Shown here: in pieces, positions 52,031 to 64,000 of the stretch
Position numbering within the stretch: position 1 is the stretch's first letter
Layout of the letters: the number at the start of each line of letters is the position of its first letter
DNA from: the human T2T-CHM13v2.0 reference genome, Homo sapiens
NCBI RefSeq assembly: GCF_009914755.1
Contig: NC_060939.1
Direction: 5' to 3' (one strand)
Length of the DNA: 64,000 nucleotides
Notes under the pieces: generated by a model
Told to the model about the DNA's origin: nothing
What the model saw: the letters and a program-made list of their open reading frames with translations, nothing else
The model's database searches: none
Made by a program: the position numbers and the translations under genes

Positions 52031-52670
52031 GTCTTGTTCCTCATGTGATTCATTATCTTTGTGCACAGGTCATTGTACTTGAAAATTGTTTGTAAAAAAT
52101 AAATTGAGAACTTGAATTTTATCTTCCAAAGATAATAATTTGCTTCTGCTAGGTTCTTGACACCACTCAGATCACCTTAATCCTGTTAATAATGTTACAG
52201 AAATTGAGACTTTTTTGGGTACCCAGGCATTTAAAGGCTGGGTTACAGTCTATGTGAGGACTGGTGTACTGACAGATCCCTCTCACTCTTAGGGCAAAGC
52301 CCTTTAGGGTTTTAAGGTGTTAAGGATTTACTGTGATCCCCACTTTGGCAGACCCTGAACTACAACTTTTTCTCCTACCCACAAATACCGTCAAAAATGT
52401 TTCCCAGTCTCAGCCACATCTTCCAGATTTGCAAATGCCTCCAGGGCAAAAGCAGCCCCAAATGCCAGGCTTACGTCTTTGAGTTTCCTTTCTCTTTCAG
52501 ATCTCAGTCCAGTAATTCTTTTTACTACCTTAATAGTTTTCTCATTCTTTCAAGCTGAGTTTTGGAAAATATTTTGTCCAGTTTTTTAAGTTCCCTTTAC
52601 AGGAAGAATTTACCTAGATTACTCAAGCTTCCAAACTTGGAAGTGAAAATCAAAATATGACAATGTCATT
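50180..52670 (-). mobile_element. Old L1M-type fragment (5'/ORF1-ORF2 junction region)
   Basis: T-rich degenerate L1 motifs (TTGAAGGATATTTTCTCTGGGCACAAAATTCTAG; GGACAATTCTCAGTCATTATCTCTTCAAA). Confidence 0.65.
51847..52030. repeat. Compound (TA)n/(CA)n/(TG)n/(TA)n microsatellite
   Basis: Seen directly in sequence. Confidence 0.93.
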
Positions 52671-53049
52671 TCCTAATGATGGCCTTTGATAATATCTCAT
52701 AAAACTCAGCAAGAATTTTCTGGTGAATCTTCTAGAATTTCCAATTCAAAACCACCTACTGCTGGCATAGTGATTTTATTCGGTCTTATCTAATAACAAC
52801 TTGAGGACTAGGAGATTTGTTCATTCATTTATTCATCACATATTTGTTGGGTGTGTGCTATGTCCCAGGCACAGATCTAGGGAGCACAGACACCCTCCCT
52901 CTCTCAAAAAGTTTAATGTCTAGACAGAGAGAAGGACAAATTAAAAGAAAAAAAAAGCTACAACTGAAATGACATGAGAGATTGACAGGAAAATTGACAA
53001 CTATCGATTGCAATAGGAAGAGGGTAAGAGTGCCAAATACAGGAAGAAT

Positions 53050-53556
53050 TACATCAATTGTGATGCTTTGTCTTCAAGCTCCAGAAAACTGAACCCAAAT
53101 GGGCTTAAATAATGAGTGAATGTATTATCCCTGAAAAAATAAGAAGTGAAGAGGTAGAGGAAATTCAAACAGAGGTTATCACAACCCTAGCTCATCTTCT
53201 GCCCTCTCATTGTCCTCGGGCTGGTCCAAGACGGCAGCTAGAGTTCCACTGAAATATATCCATCATGGTGACATCCACAGGAAAAAAGGGAAACTTCCCA
53301 GAAGCCCCTGGCACACCTCTCCTCACTTTTCACTGGGCAGAACTGGATCCCATGCCTGTACCGATCATTGGCAAAGGGAATAAAATCACCTGATGGACTT
53401 AGAATAGTCATGATCTGTTCATGGCTGGGGATGGGGCCATATTACTTTGAGTCGGCTGTAGGAGAGGCTAATTCCTTAACAAAATTTAGGCTCTGTTGGG
53501 AAGGAAGAAAGAAGGCGCAGAATGGTTTTTGGGCAGGCAGCCAGCAGTGTCCATCT
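53050..53556 (-). mobile_element. Old MLT1-family MaLR LTR
   Basis: CAGAAAACTGAACCCAAATGGGCTTAAATAATGAG... and ...TTTTGGGCAGGCAGCCAGCAGTGTCC pattern. Confidence 0.55.
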
Positions 53557-54196
53557 CAAACGGTTGATAGGAGAAGTGGGACATCACCAAAGACCCACCC
53601 TCATTCCACAATCCTCCAGGGTCCTTTACATATGCATTCTAACATGTTCTTCAAAAATAACCATGCAAATCAATAATAATGGTCATTGAGTTGTTACATA
53701 TGTTAACTCATTCAGTCCTCATTTTATAATGGCAAAACTCAATCACAGAGTGTTAAGGAGCTTGTTCAAGGTTATGTGATTGGTGAAGCCAGGATTTAAC
53801 CCTAGTTAATCTGGTTCCAAAGTTAATGACTTTAACGTCTTTGACCAACTGCCTCTCGTGAGGTATAGGGAGATGAGAAATTTCAGATGAGAAAACTGAG
53901 GTTCAGAAATGTGAAGTCCATTCATCTGTTTATCCACCCAATGAAACTTCGCTTTAATGTTCCAGGTGCTGTGCTACGCCCTAGGAATGCATTATTAGCA
54001 AGGCACTGCCTGCGACCTTATGATGCCTATGGACTAGTGGGATGATAATTATTGGACTACTGTGAGCAATTTGGCACAAAGTGAAGAATGTAAGCTCTAG
54101 CATCAGATGCCTGGGTTCAAGTCCCAGCTTCCTGTCTCACTAGCGGTGTGACTTTGGGCAAATTTCTGTTTTAGTCACCTCCACTTCACCCCATTG

Positions 54197-54672
54197 GTGA
54201 GGGGGAGATTACCTCTCTAGGATTATGGGAATGGCTGAACACATGACACCCGACACAGGACAGGTGAGGTCCACAGCAGTTTATTAGTCACATGTCCTTA
54301 CAGTCTGGGGGATGAGTCATGCCACATAGGGCCACACAGGGGCTACATTCAGAAACAGAGTGAATAGCAAGGGCTGAGGGAGGCAGGCTTTGTAGTATCA
54401 AGAGGGCGAGGTGCCTCCTGGTTCCTACAGGATAGTGTGATTGGTTTGTTTGAATAATTCCAGGGTCTGGCAGAGAACTAAAACCCACTATTTAGGGATA
54501 AGGAGAAATTCCACCTGGCCCTCTTGATAAGGAGGGTAGTTTAGCTGGGGGACATTATCCATCGGAGCATACTGGGAAGGGGAAGTGGCAATTGGGCCAT
54601 TTGGGGCCTGTGTGATTTCACCACACGTCAAGACAGCACATAATACTGAACCTTAATTTCAGGTCTTATACT
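54197..54672 (-). mobile_element. ERVL LTR (MER54/MER73/MER74-like) inserted into a MIR
   Basis: The reverse strand begins TATAAGACCTGAAATTAAGGTTCAGTATTATGTGCTGTCTTGAC and has AATAAA; MIR halves on both sides. Confidence 0.6.
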
Positions 54673-54903
54673 ATGGTTTCTTAACTTTGTTGCACCTTTG
54701 TTTCTCCATCTGTAACATGGGAACAATAGTGCCTAAATCATTTGTTCCTTGTGAATTTTGAATGAGGCATTGTGGATTAAGCATTTAAGGCAAAGACTGG
54801 CACATGGTGCATGTAGCTGCTACCAAGTGCCAGACCTGGCCTAAGGGACTTGGATAAGCTCATATGGCTGGTGAGCAGTGAGCTCAGATTCAAACATACA
54901 TCT

Positions 54904-55016
54904 TTAAAAATATATATAGTTTAGATTGAGAGGGTACATGTACAGGTTTGTTACATGGGCATATTGTGTGATGCTGAGGTTTGGGTTTCTAATGACCTTG
55001 TCACCCAAGTGGTGAA
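54904..55016 (-). mobile_element. Short 5'-truncated L1P 3' tip with TSD
   Basis: GTACATGTACAGGTTTGTTACATGGG; flanked by AACATACATCTTT / AACATCCATCTTT. Confidence 0.72.
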
Positions 55017-55669
55017 TCAACATCCATCTTTTGTTTCCAGGTGCTGGGAACTTTCCACTACACTGACCTGAGATCTTGTTCATTGGGAAAGTGCTGGCTT
55101 GTTTATCCATTCATCCCTCCCTCTAAACATGAATGCATCTGTTCACTCACTTGTTCACTCATTCAACAGACATTTAATGAGTGCATCCTATGTGAATGGT
55201 GCTGGCACTGTGAAGATGGCCTTTTAAAAGCTCACGGTCTGATGGAGGAGACAGCCATGATGTGGGCACAATACAGTGTGATGGGTGCTAGACCACAAAA
55301 GGTCAGTGCCAAGGACAAACCAAGGGAAGAACCTTTGTATGTGAGGTGTGGGTTGTAAAGACTCTGGGAATATACTCCAGAGACACCAGCTGAAATATCT
55401 TCTTCCTCCCCCATGACAGCTGGGTCTGACGACTCCTCTGTTACACACTGGAAAGGATTTCCCACTGAGATCCCTGGCTGACAAGTGACAGACTTTGAAG
55501 ACTTTCTCTGAGTATGCAGAGGCTCTTTCTGGCTCCTAAGTTGTAGCTGCCACTCATGGTGGTATGATCTCAGGCAGGTCCCTTCCCCTATCTGAGCCTC
55601 AGCTGCTTCACTTATAGAGTAGTGAGGTGTTGGACTAGGAGGTTCTTTCTAGCTCTACCTAAGGCTATG

Positions 55670-55984
55670 TTTTGTTTTTTTTTTTCTTTGTTTTCTTTTG
55701 GAGACAGAGTCTTGCTCTGTCACCCAGGCTGGAGTGCAGTGGTGCAATCTTGGCTCACTGCAACCTCCACCCTCCCGGGTTCAAGTGATTCTCATGCCTC
55801 AGCCTCCTGAGTAGCTGGGATTACAGGAATGTGCCACCATGACCGGCTAATTTTTATATTTTTAATAGAGACAGGGTTTCACCATGTTGGTCAGGTTGGT
55901 CTTGAACTCCTGACAACAAGTGATCCACCTGCTTCAGCCTCCCAAAGTGCTGGGATGAGAGGCATGAGCCAGTGTGCCTCGCCA
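55670..55984 (-). mobile_element. AluS-type element with TSD
   Basis: Both arms; TAAGGCTATGTTTT on both sides. Confidence 0.94.
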
Positions 55985-58779
55985 GTAAGGCTATGTTTTT
56001 CAACACCGTGTCTCCTGAGACCCTTACTCTATGGAACCACGGCTGTTCCTTGAATTAATGCCCACTTTTCTCTCACTCTACCCGAATATAATCTGGTCTC
56101 CACAACATACTCCTTTGGGCAGGGACCAGCCTTTTCAGATAATTGCTTCCAGGAAGAAAGCAACAAAAACAACAACAAAAGGCCATTGCTAGCCCCTTTG
56201 TCTATCTTTGAAGGTTGACACGTTTCATTCATTTGCGCAGCCCGACTTTTTCCTAAACAGGATTCACCTTTAAATTAGACTGTGCCATGGCCTGGAGGCT
56301 CTATTTTTCAAATTCTATGCTTGGTGCTCTTCAGGATTTCAGAAAGGAGAGCTGGCTTTGCAGTTTCCTCCAGGTCCACTTGCCCAAAGAGCTTCCAAGG
56401 CTGCACAGAAAGACCGAAACCCAGCAACACTCAATGTTTCCCATGCTGGCTCTACTGCAGCCCTGTGGGGAGACAGCAGGCAGGCAGCTGGGCTGGCAGC
56501 TAAGCGAGGACTCAAAGAAGTTCGCAGGGAATTTGCCTCCTCCTCCAACTGGCTGTGCAGGAGGTATGAAGGAGAGCTTGGCAAGACCTCTCTTGCTCCT
56601 GTGTGTCTGGAGTCTGACTGGGGTCAGAGCATCCGAGGGACAGTGTTGCGGGACTCTCCCCTGACCTGTGGTCTCTTTTCTCTCTAGGGAAAAACAGTTT
56701 ATTTTCATCAGTGAAAGCAACCAAGTTTATACAGGGGGGATAATTGGAAGATTTCAACTGTCCAGGCCAGACCCTTGGAAGTTACAGGGAGGGCTTCCAT
56801 GCTTGCCCATTGCCCCTGGGGCATCAAGAAGAAAATCATGCAAGCCTGGCACTGCCACTGACAATTTTGTGACATTGGGCCAGTTGCTTCATCACTCTTA
56901 CATGATCCAAAAGTTCATCTTGGGCTATAAAGTACCAGGGAGGGGTCAGGATCATGGGATCTGAAATTAGACAGACCTAGTTTGAGTCCCAGCACTACTT
57001 ACCAATAGTGGGACCTTGAATAAGTGAGTTAACCTCTCATAACTTAAGGATTGGCATGAGAATTGGCAGAATTACTGCCTGTCATGAGTGTAGCTCAGGC
57101 CTAATGTAAAGTAAGCATTCAGTAAATAAGTTATGAGCTCTCAAGATGATGAAAGTAATAAGCCTGGGTACTCAGCTGTGTTCAACTTTCTTTGGCTTGC
57201 TCTTCCTGGGACAGAGATCAAAAAACAAGTGCACTAAATGTCAGGAGCCAATAGTGGCTCTTCACTCCCACAGCAGATATTTCTTCCCCAGGCACCCAGG
57301 CCAGCGGCCAGACATCTGGTGGCTGCTGCTGAGTGTGAGGCAGGGAGTCAGGAGAGGTCAGCTGAAAGCCAGAAAGTGCCAATGGATGGTAAGAGAAGGG
57401 GCAAGGAGCATTTTCTGGAGTGTAGCATAATTGAGAAGAAGCTCATGATTCTACTGCCAATTAGGCTGACCTTGTCTTCCTGTCGTGTTCTATGTCCTCC
57501 TCTTGTGAACCATAAGTATAACAGGGAAAGAAGGCGTGGAAGGATGGCTGGGGGACACTTGACCCTCCTTGACCATAAACCAGAGATTCTGGCTATGCTG
57601 CCCTCATTGGCCACGGTAAATAACCTTCCAGGTCAGCCATGGCCCCAGAAATCCTTCCATGAGTAGTAATCTCAGTGGACTTATCTAACTGCTGCCACAG
57701 TGTCAGCATTCATGGCTGTGAGTTGCTTTTTCTCTCTGGACCTTGGTCTCCTCTTTTGAGAAGTTATGGAGACTCCTTTTTCCTGCATTATGGCAGACTA
57801 GATACCATAAATGACCCTACCAAATGAAATAGTGGATAATTCTGTATGGAGCAGAAAAGAATATTTTTAACTGCACTAATGAGCTGGCATAAAGGTAAAG
57901 GATCACAGATGAGGGGAAACCAGAAATCCTTGGCTGGAGGTTGGTGCCAAAGCTCCCTTTTGAATTGTGCATTGCTGTCAAAATTTGGGGCATCTAGAGC
58001 TACTGACTTATGATTACAGAAGCAGGGAACAGAACAGGAAGACTACCCAAGGAAGAAAATCTAATAGGAGATCTTCTTGTATAAAGCTAGGACATCCCTG
58101 CTGCCCCACCAAAGCTTTATCTTCTGTGTAAGAATGAATAAGAAAAAAACTCTACAAAGAAGGTAAAGCTTGGAAACTGTTTATTTATTTATTTATTTAT
58201 TGTGGATGGAGAGGAAAAAAAACATGAAAATTCAAAACTATAGGTTGTCTCTATGTGAGTTTGGAGTCCAGATTAATCCTATCAGCCTGACTCCAAAACC
58301 TCAAATGGAGAATTTAATTTTAAGTGGTCCTAGGATAATAAAAACAAATATAAATAATCTCTAGGGGAACTAAAACCCAGCCCTCAAATAATTCTCACAA
58401 ATACATTTCCAAAGAAAATGAGCAGCTCACAATAAAAACAAAATAAAACAAAACACACAAGAAAATAAGGCACCAAAAAGGAGAGTCAGAAGAAACAACA
58501 AGCAGCTGAAACAGATCCATGAAGACTTCATATGCTGGACTTACCAGATTGAAAAACTGTTTAAATAAATAAAAAGTATCTTTAAAAAGTGGGCAAGAAA
58601 CAAGCAGGTTTGAAACAGAATCAAGCAGATCCAGAATTTTAAAAGTATAATAACTGAAACAAAAAGCCCAATGGAATTGGTTAACCAGCAAATTAAACAC
58701 TGAAGAGAGAGGCTGGAGAGGAAATTTATGAATTGAAAAACAGCTTTAAAAAATAGCCAGATATACTATAACAAAATAA

Positions 58780-61700
58780 AGAGCTAAAATGGGGTAATAG
58801 ACAATGTTGTAAAGAGATACAATAATTAAAGAATACACAATATAAAAAGTTGCAAATTGTGACATCAATAACATAGAATGTGTGTGGAGGAGAACTAAAA
58901 GTGTAGTTTTTGTATGTGATTGAAGTTAAGTTGTTTTCAGTTTGAAATAGATTGTAATATATTTTGTGTCTAAGGTGTGATATGTAAGCTTTATGGTAAT
59001 CACAAGGAAAAAATGTCTAGTAGATACACAAAAGATAAAAAGAAAAGAAGCAAGCATACCATTACCAAAAAAAAAAAAAAAACAATAAATCACAAAGGAA
59101 GACAATAAGAGAGGATCAAAGGCTCTACAAAATCGTCAGGAAACAATTAACAAGATAGCAAGGATATGTCCTTACCTATTAATAATTAAATGTAAATGGA
59201 TTAAATTCTCCAATTAAAAGACATAAAGTTGCCGAATGAATGTAAAAAAACAAGGTTCAACAATATGTTGCCTGCAAGAGGTTTATTTTAGCTTTAAAGA
59301 CATGGATAAGCTAAACGTGAAAAGATGAAGAAAGACGTTGCATGTAATGTTAAACAAAAGAGAACAGGGGTGGCTACACTTAGATAAGACAAAATAAGAC
59401 CTTAAGTCAAAAAATGCCACAAGAGACAAAGGAATTCATTATACAATGATAAATGGATCAACTCAAGAGGAAGCTATAACAACTATTAATATGTATGTGC
59501 CCAAATATATAAAGTGAACATTGACAGATCTGAAGGAAGAAATAGATAGCAATACAATAATGGTAGGAGGCTTTAACTGCATTATCTATAGTGGATAGAT
59601 AATTCAGGCAGAAAACTAATAAGTAAAGAGGAAAACTGAACAACTCTATACACCAAATGGACCTAAGAGACATATACTGAACTTTCTACCCAGTAGTAGA
59701 ATACATATTCTTTTCAAGTGCATATAGAAAGTTCTCCAGGAAAGATTACATATTAGGTCTTAAAACAGCTCTTAACAAATTCAAAAAGATTAAAATCATT
59801 CCAAGCATCTTCTCTGACCACAGTGAAATGAAACTAGAAATCATTGACAGTAAGAAAACTGGAAAATTTACAAATATGTGGAAACTAAATAACATTATTG
59901 AACAACCATTGGGTGCAAGAGAAAAATCAAAAAAGAATTTAAAAAATATCTTGAAACAAATGCAACAAAAATACAACATACCCAAACCTATGGGATACAG
60001 CAAAAACAGTACTAAGAGGGAAGTTTAGCAATAAATGCCTATATTTGAAAAGTAGAAAGATCTCAAATAAACAACCTAATTTGCCTATCAAGAAGCTAGG
60101 AAAAGAAGAAAAAAAAAACCCAAAGTAGAAAAAAGAAAATAATAAATATTGTAGCAGAAATAAATCAAATAGAGAATTAAAAAATTAAATTAAAATTAAC
60201 AAAACTAGGAATTGGTTATTTGAGAAAATAAAATGGACAAACCCTTAGTTGGACTAACTAAAAAAGGGAGGATTCAAATACATAACATCAGAAATGTAAG
60301 AGGAGACATTACAATAGATATCTAAGAAGTAAAAAAGATTATAAGGGAATGTTATGAACAAATACACACCAACAAATTGCATAATCTAGAAGAAATGGAT
60401 AAATTCCTAAAAACGTACAACCTGCCAAAACTGAATCAACAAGAAACAGAAAGCCTGAACAGACCCATAACAAAGAAAAAGATTAAATCAGTGATCAAAA
60501 ACCTCCCAATAAAGAAAGGTCCAGGACTAGATGGCTTCACATGTAAATTTTACCAAACATTCAAAGAATTAATACCAGTTCTTCTTAAACTCCTCCAAAA
60601 ATAGAAGACAGAATACTTCCAAACTCATTTATGAGTTTAGCATTAACCCAATTCCAAAGCCAGACAATGATACCACAAGAAAGGAGAACTACAGGTCAAT
60701 ATACCTGATGAACACAGATGCAAAATCCTCACTAAAATACCAATGAGCTGAATTTAAAAGCACGTTAAAAGGATTATACACCATGAACAAGTGGGATTTA
60801 TCCTTGGGATGCATGGATAGTTCAGCATATGCAAATGAATCAATGTGATATACCACATTAACAAAATTAAAGAAAAAATATATGATCATCTCAGTAGACG
60901 CAGAAAAAGCATTTGACAAAATTCAACATCGATGCATGATTAAAGTTCTCAACAAAATAAGTACAGAAGGCCATTTGCCTCACAATAAAGGCCATAGAGC
61001 AAATGCCCACAGCTAACGTTATAAACCATGGGGGAAAACTGAATGCTTTCCCTCCAAAATCTGTTACAAGGTAAGAATGCCCATTCTCACCATTTCTACT
61101 AAACATAGTACTGGAGCAATGAGACAAGAGCAATGAGACAAGAAGAATAAATAACAAGCAATCAAATCTGAATGAGAAAAAAAGTAAAATTATCTCGTTT
61201 GCAGATGACATGATCTTATATGTAGAAAATCCTGAAGACTCAAGAACGACAACAACAACAAATCTGTTAGAACTAATAAACAAATTCAGTAAAGTTGCAG
61301 GACACCAAATCAACATACAAAAATCAGTTGTGTTTCTATACAAGCAATAAACTCTCTGAAAAGAAAATTAGGAAAGCAATCTCATTAACAAGAGCCACAA
61401 AAAGAATAAAATGCTTAGGGATTTTTAGTTAGACCTAACAAATGAGGTGAAAGACTTGTACACTGAAATTTATAAAACATTGATGAAGGAAATTAAAGAA
61501 GACACAGATAAATGGAGAGACATTCTGTGTTCTTGGACTGGAAGAATTAATATTGTTTAAATGTCCAAACTACCCAAAGTGGTGTACATTCAATGCAACC
61601 ACTATCAAAATCTCAGTGGTATTCTTTACAGACACAGAAAAAAAAAAACTAAAATTCATATGCAATCACAAAAGACCCTGAATAGCCAAAACAAAGCTGG

Positions 61701-62731
61701 AGGCGTCACATTGCCAAATTCAAGCTATATTATAAAGCTACAGTAATTGAAGCTATATTGTACTGGCATAAAAACAGACATATAATCCAAAAAGATAAAG
61801 AAACCAAAAATAACCTTGTATCTACAGTCACCTGATCTTTAACAAGGGTGTCAAGAACAGACAATGAGGAAAGGATAGTCTCTTTCCATAAACGGTGATG
61901 AGAAAACTGGCAATCCATATGCAGAAAAATGAAATTGAATCTTTATCTCATACTATATACCAAAATCAACTCAAAACAGATTAAAGACTTAAATGTAAGA
62001 CTTGAAACTATTAAATTACTAAAAGAAAACACAGGGGAAAAGCTTCTTGACATTGGTCTGGGCAATACTTTTTTGGAACATGACAACAAAAGCATAGACA
62101 ACAAAAACAGAAATAGACAAGTGAGATTGTATCAAACTAAAAATCTTCTGCACAGCAAAAGAGACAATCAACAGAGTGAAAAGGCAATCTATGGAATGGG
62201 AGAAAATATCTGCTAACTATATATCTGATAAGGGGTTCATATCCAAAATATGTAAGGAACTCAAACAACTCAATAACAACCACAACAACAACAAAAAACA
62301 TTAAAACATGGGCTAAGGACCTGAGTAGACACTTCTCAAAAGAAGAAGATACATACAGCCAACACGTATATGGAGAGGTGCTCAACATTACTAATCATCA
62401 GAGGGATCCAAATCAAAACCACAGAGACATACCTGTTAGAATGGCTGTTATCAAAAAGACAAGAGATAACAAGTGTTGGTGAAGATGTGGAGAAAAGGGA
62501 GTACTTGTACACTGTTGGTGGGAATGTAAATTGGTACAGCCACTCAGTATGAAAGTTCTGCAAACAATTAAAAATATAACTACAGTATGATCCATCAATC
62601 CCACTTCTGGGTATATATCCAAAGAAAATGAAGTAAATACCTTGAAGAGTTATCTGCACCCTCATGTTCATGACAGCATTATTCAAAATAGTCACAACCT
62701 GTGTCTATCAATGGACAAATGGGTGAAGAAA

Positions 62732-62770
<39 letters not shown>

Positions 62771-63310
62771 GTATGTGTGTGTGTGTGTATGTGAAATGGA
62801 ATTATTCAGTCTTAGAAAAGAAGGAAATCCTGCCATTTGCAACAACATGGATGAGCCTGGAGGACATTATGCTAAGTGAAATTAGCCAGAACAGAAAAAC
62901 AAATACTGAATGATTTCATAGGTGAAATCTAAAAAAGTCAAACTCGTACATGCAGAGAATAGAACAGTGGCTGCCAGTGGCTAGGAGGTGAAGGAAATGG
63001 GAAGTGTTTGTCAAAAAGTACAAAGGTTCACTTATGCTGGATGAATAAATTCTGAAGATCACTAGCACAGCATGGTGACTATAGTTAGTATTAATAATAC
63101 TATACTATACACTTGAAATTTGCTAAGAAATTTGATGTTAAGTATTCTTATCACACACACACACTCAAAAACTGTGACTATGTCGGGGGATGGATATGTT
63201 AGCCTGATTGCAGTAATCATTTCACAATGCATATGTATATCAAAAAGTCATGTTATACACTTTGAGAACATATAATTTTTTGTCCAGTGTACCTCAAGGA
63301 AGCTGAAAAC
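58780..63310 (+). mobile_element. L1MA-type element (decayed ORF2 through 3'UTR), containing (GT)n at about 62740-62790
   Basis: ORF2 remnants ([10 protein letters not shown]; FADDMILYVENP) with many stops; L1MA8/9-like 3'UTR ending TACCTCAAGGAAGCTGAAAA. Confidence 0.85.
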
Positions 63311-63319
63311 CCCATAAAC

Positions 63320-64000
63320 AAAAATAGAATCAATATTATAATTTACAATATTACCAAATGAAAATAGAAAAATAAATAATATGATCACCTTAATAGATTC
63401 AGACTGTACATTTGACAAAATTCAATATCTATTTATGATAAAATATCATATCAAACTAGAAATAGCAGGGAACATCATTACATTGTTAAAAAGTATCTTT
63501 AAAAAACCCTTACTGCAAACCTCATGCTTAGAAATAAAATATTGTATACTTTCCCCCTGGGATTAGTAGCAAGATGAGGAAGGCTGCTATCTCATCTGCT
63601 TAACATAGTACTGAAGGTCCTACCAAGTGCAATAAGGCAAGAAAAAGAAATAAAAGGCACAAGAATTAGAAAGAAAGAAAGTTGTGTTCACAGATGACAT
63701 GAATGTAGAGCTAGAAAATCTGAGAAGAATGTACAAACTATTGAAATTAATAAGTGAACTCAGCTAGGCCATTGTATGCAAAATTAATAAGAAATCTATT
63801 TTCTTTCTATAGCCCAGAAACAAAGAGGAAATGGCACTTTAAAAGGACACAATTTACATTAGTATCAACAAACACCAACTACTCAGGAATAAGTCTCACA
63901 AAATATGTGCAAGATCTACTCTGAAAACTATACAATATTATTGAGAAAAAGTGTAAAAGTCCTAAATGAAGTGAGAAATATGCCATGTTCATGGATTGAA
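63320..64000 (+). mobile_element. Older L1M ORF2 fragment (likely host of the L1MA; related L1-like sequence at about 57790-58770)
   Basis: Degenerate RT region (TTTGACAAAATTCAA; TTCACAGATGACATG; TGCCATGTTCATGGATTG). Confidence 0.7.

Noticed and set aside
51812-52095. Tyr/Ile/His/Thr-repeat ORFs
   Set aside because: Translations of dinucleotide microsatellites.

Overview
Primate (human or great-ape-like) genomic DNA covering the 5' end of ITGA11 (integrin alpha-11) on the minus strand. Coding exon 1 lies at 38895-38946 in a CpG island, intron 1 spans about 28.8 kb, exon 2 lies at 9964-10075, and part of intron 2 runs off the left edge. About 25 kb of upstream intergenic DNA lies to the right. 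Most of the rest is decayed interspersed repeats (nested L1s at 1-8.9 kb and 57.8-64 kb, Alus, MIRs, L2s, MaLR/ERVL LTRs, hAT MITEs) and microsatellites. Nearly all ORF-track entries are L1/Alu remnants or chance ORFs. I see no CRISPR array, RNA gene or novel protein-coding system. The most unusual structure is a set of apparent templated-insertion or repair scars: (i) a near-perfect 53-bp tandem array with two overlapping alternative 14-bp hairpins per unit (16513-16751), (ii) an internal young-L1 fragment with no 3' end, joined via AACA microhomology into an AT-rich expansion (4800-5515), (iii) a 41-bp local copy plus inverted-flank filler inside an old L1 (41993-42060), and (iv) a ~240-bp diverged local duplicate (17062-17303 / 18418-18653). 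Several non-repeat intronic motif clusters (CArG, TEAD, RUNX, AP-1, SMAD) are candidate mesenchymal enhancers. Repeat family names are from memory of consensus sequences, and repeat boundaries are approximate.
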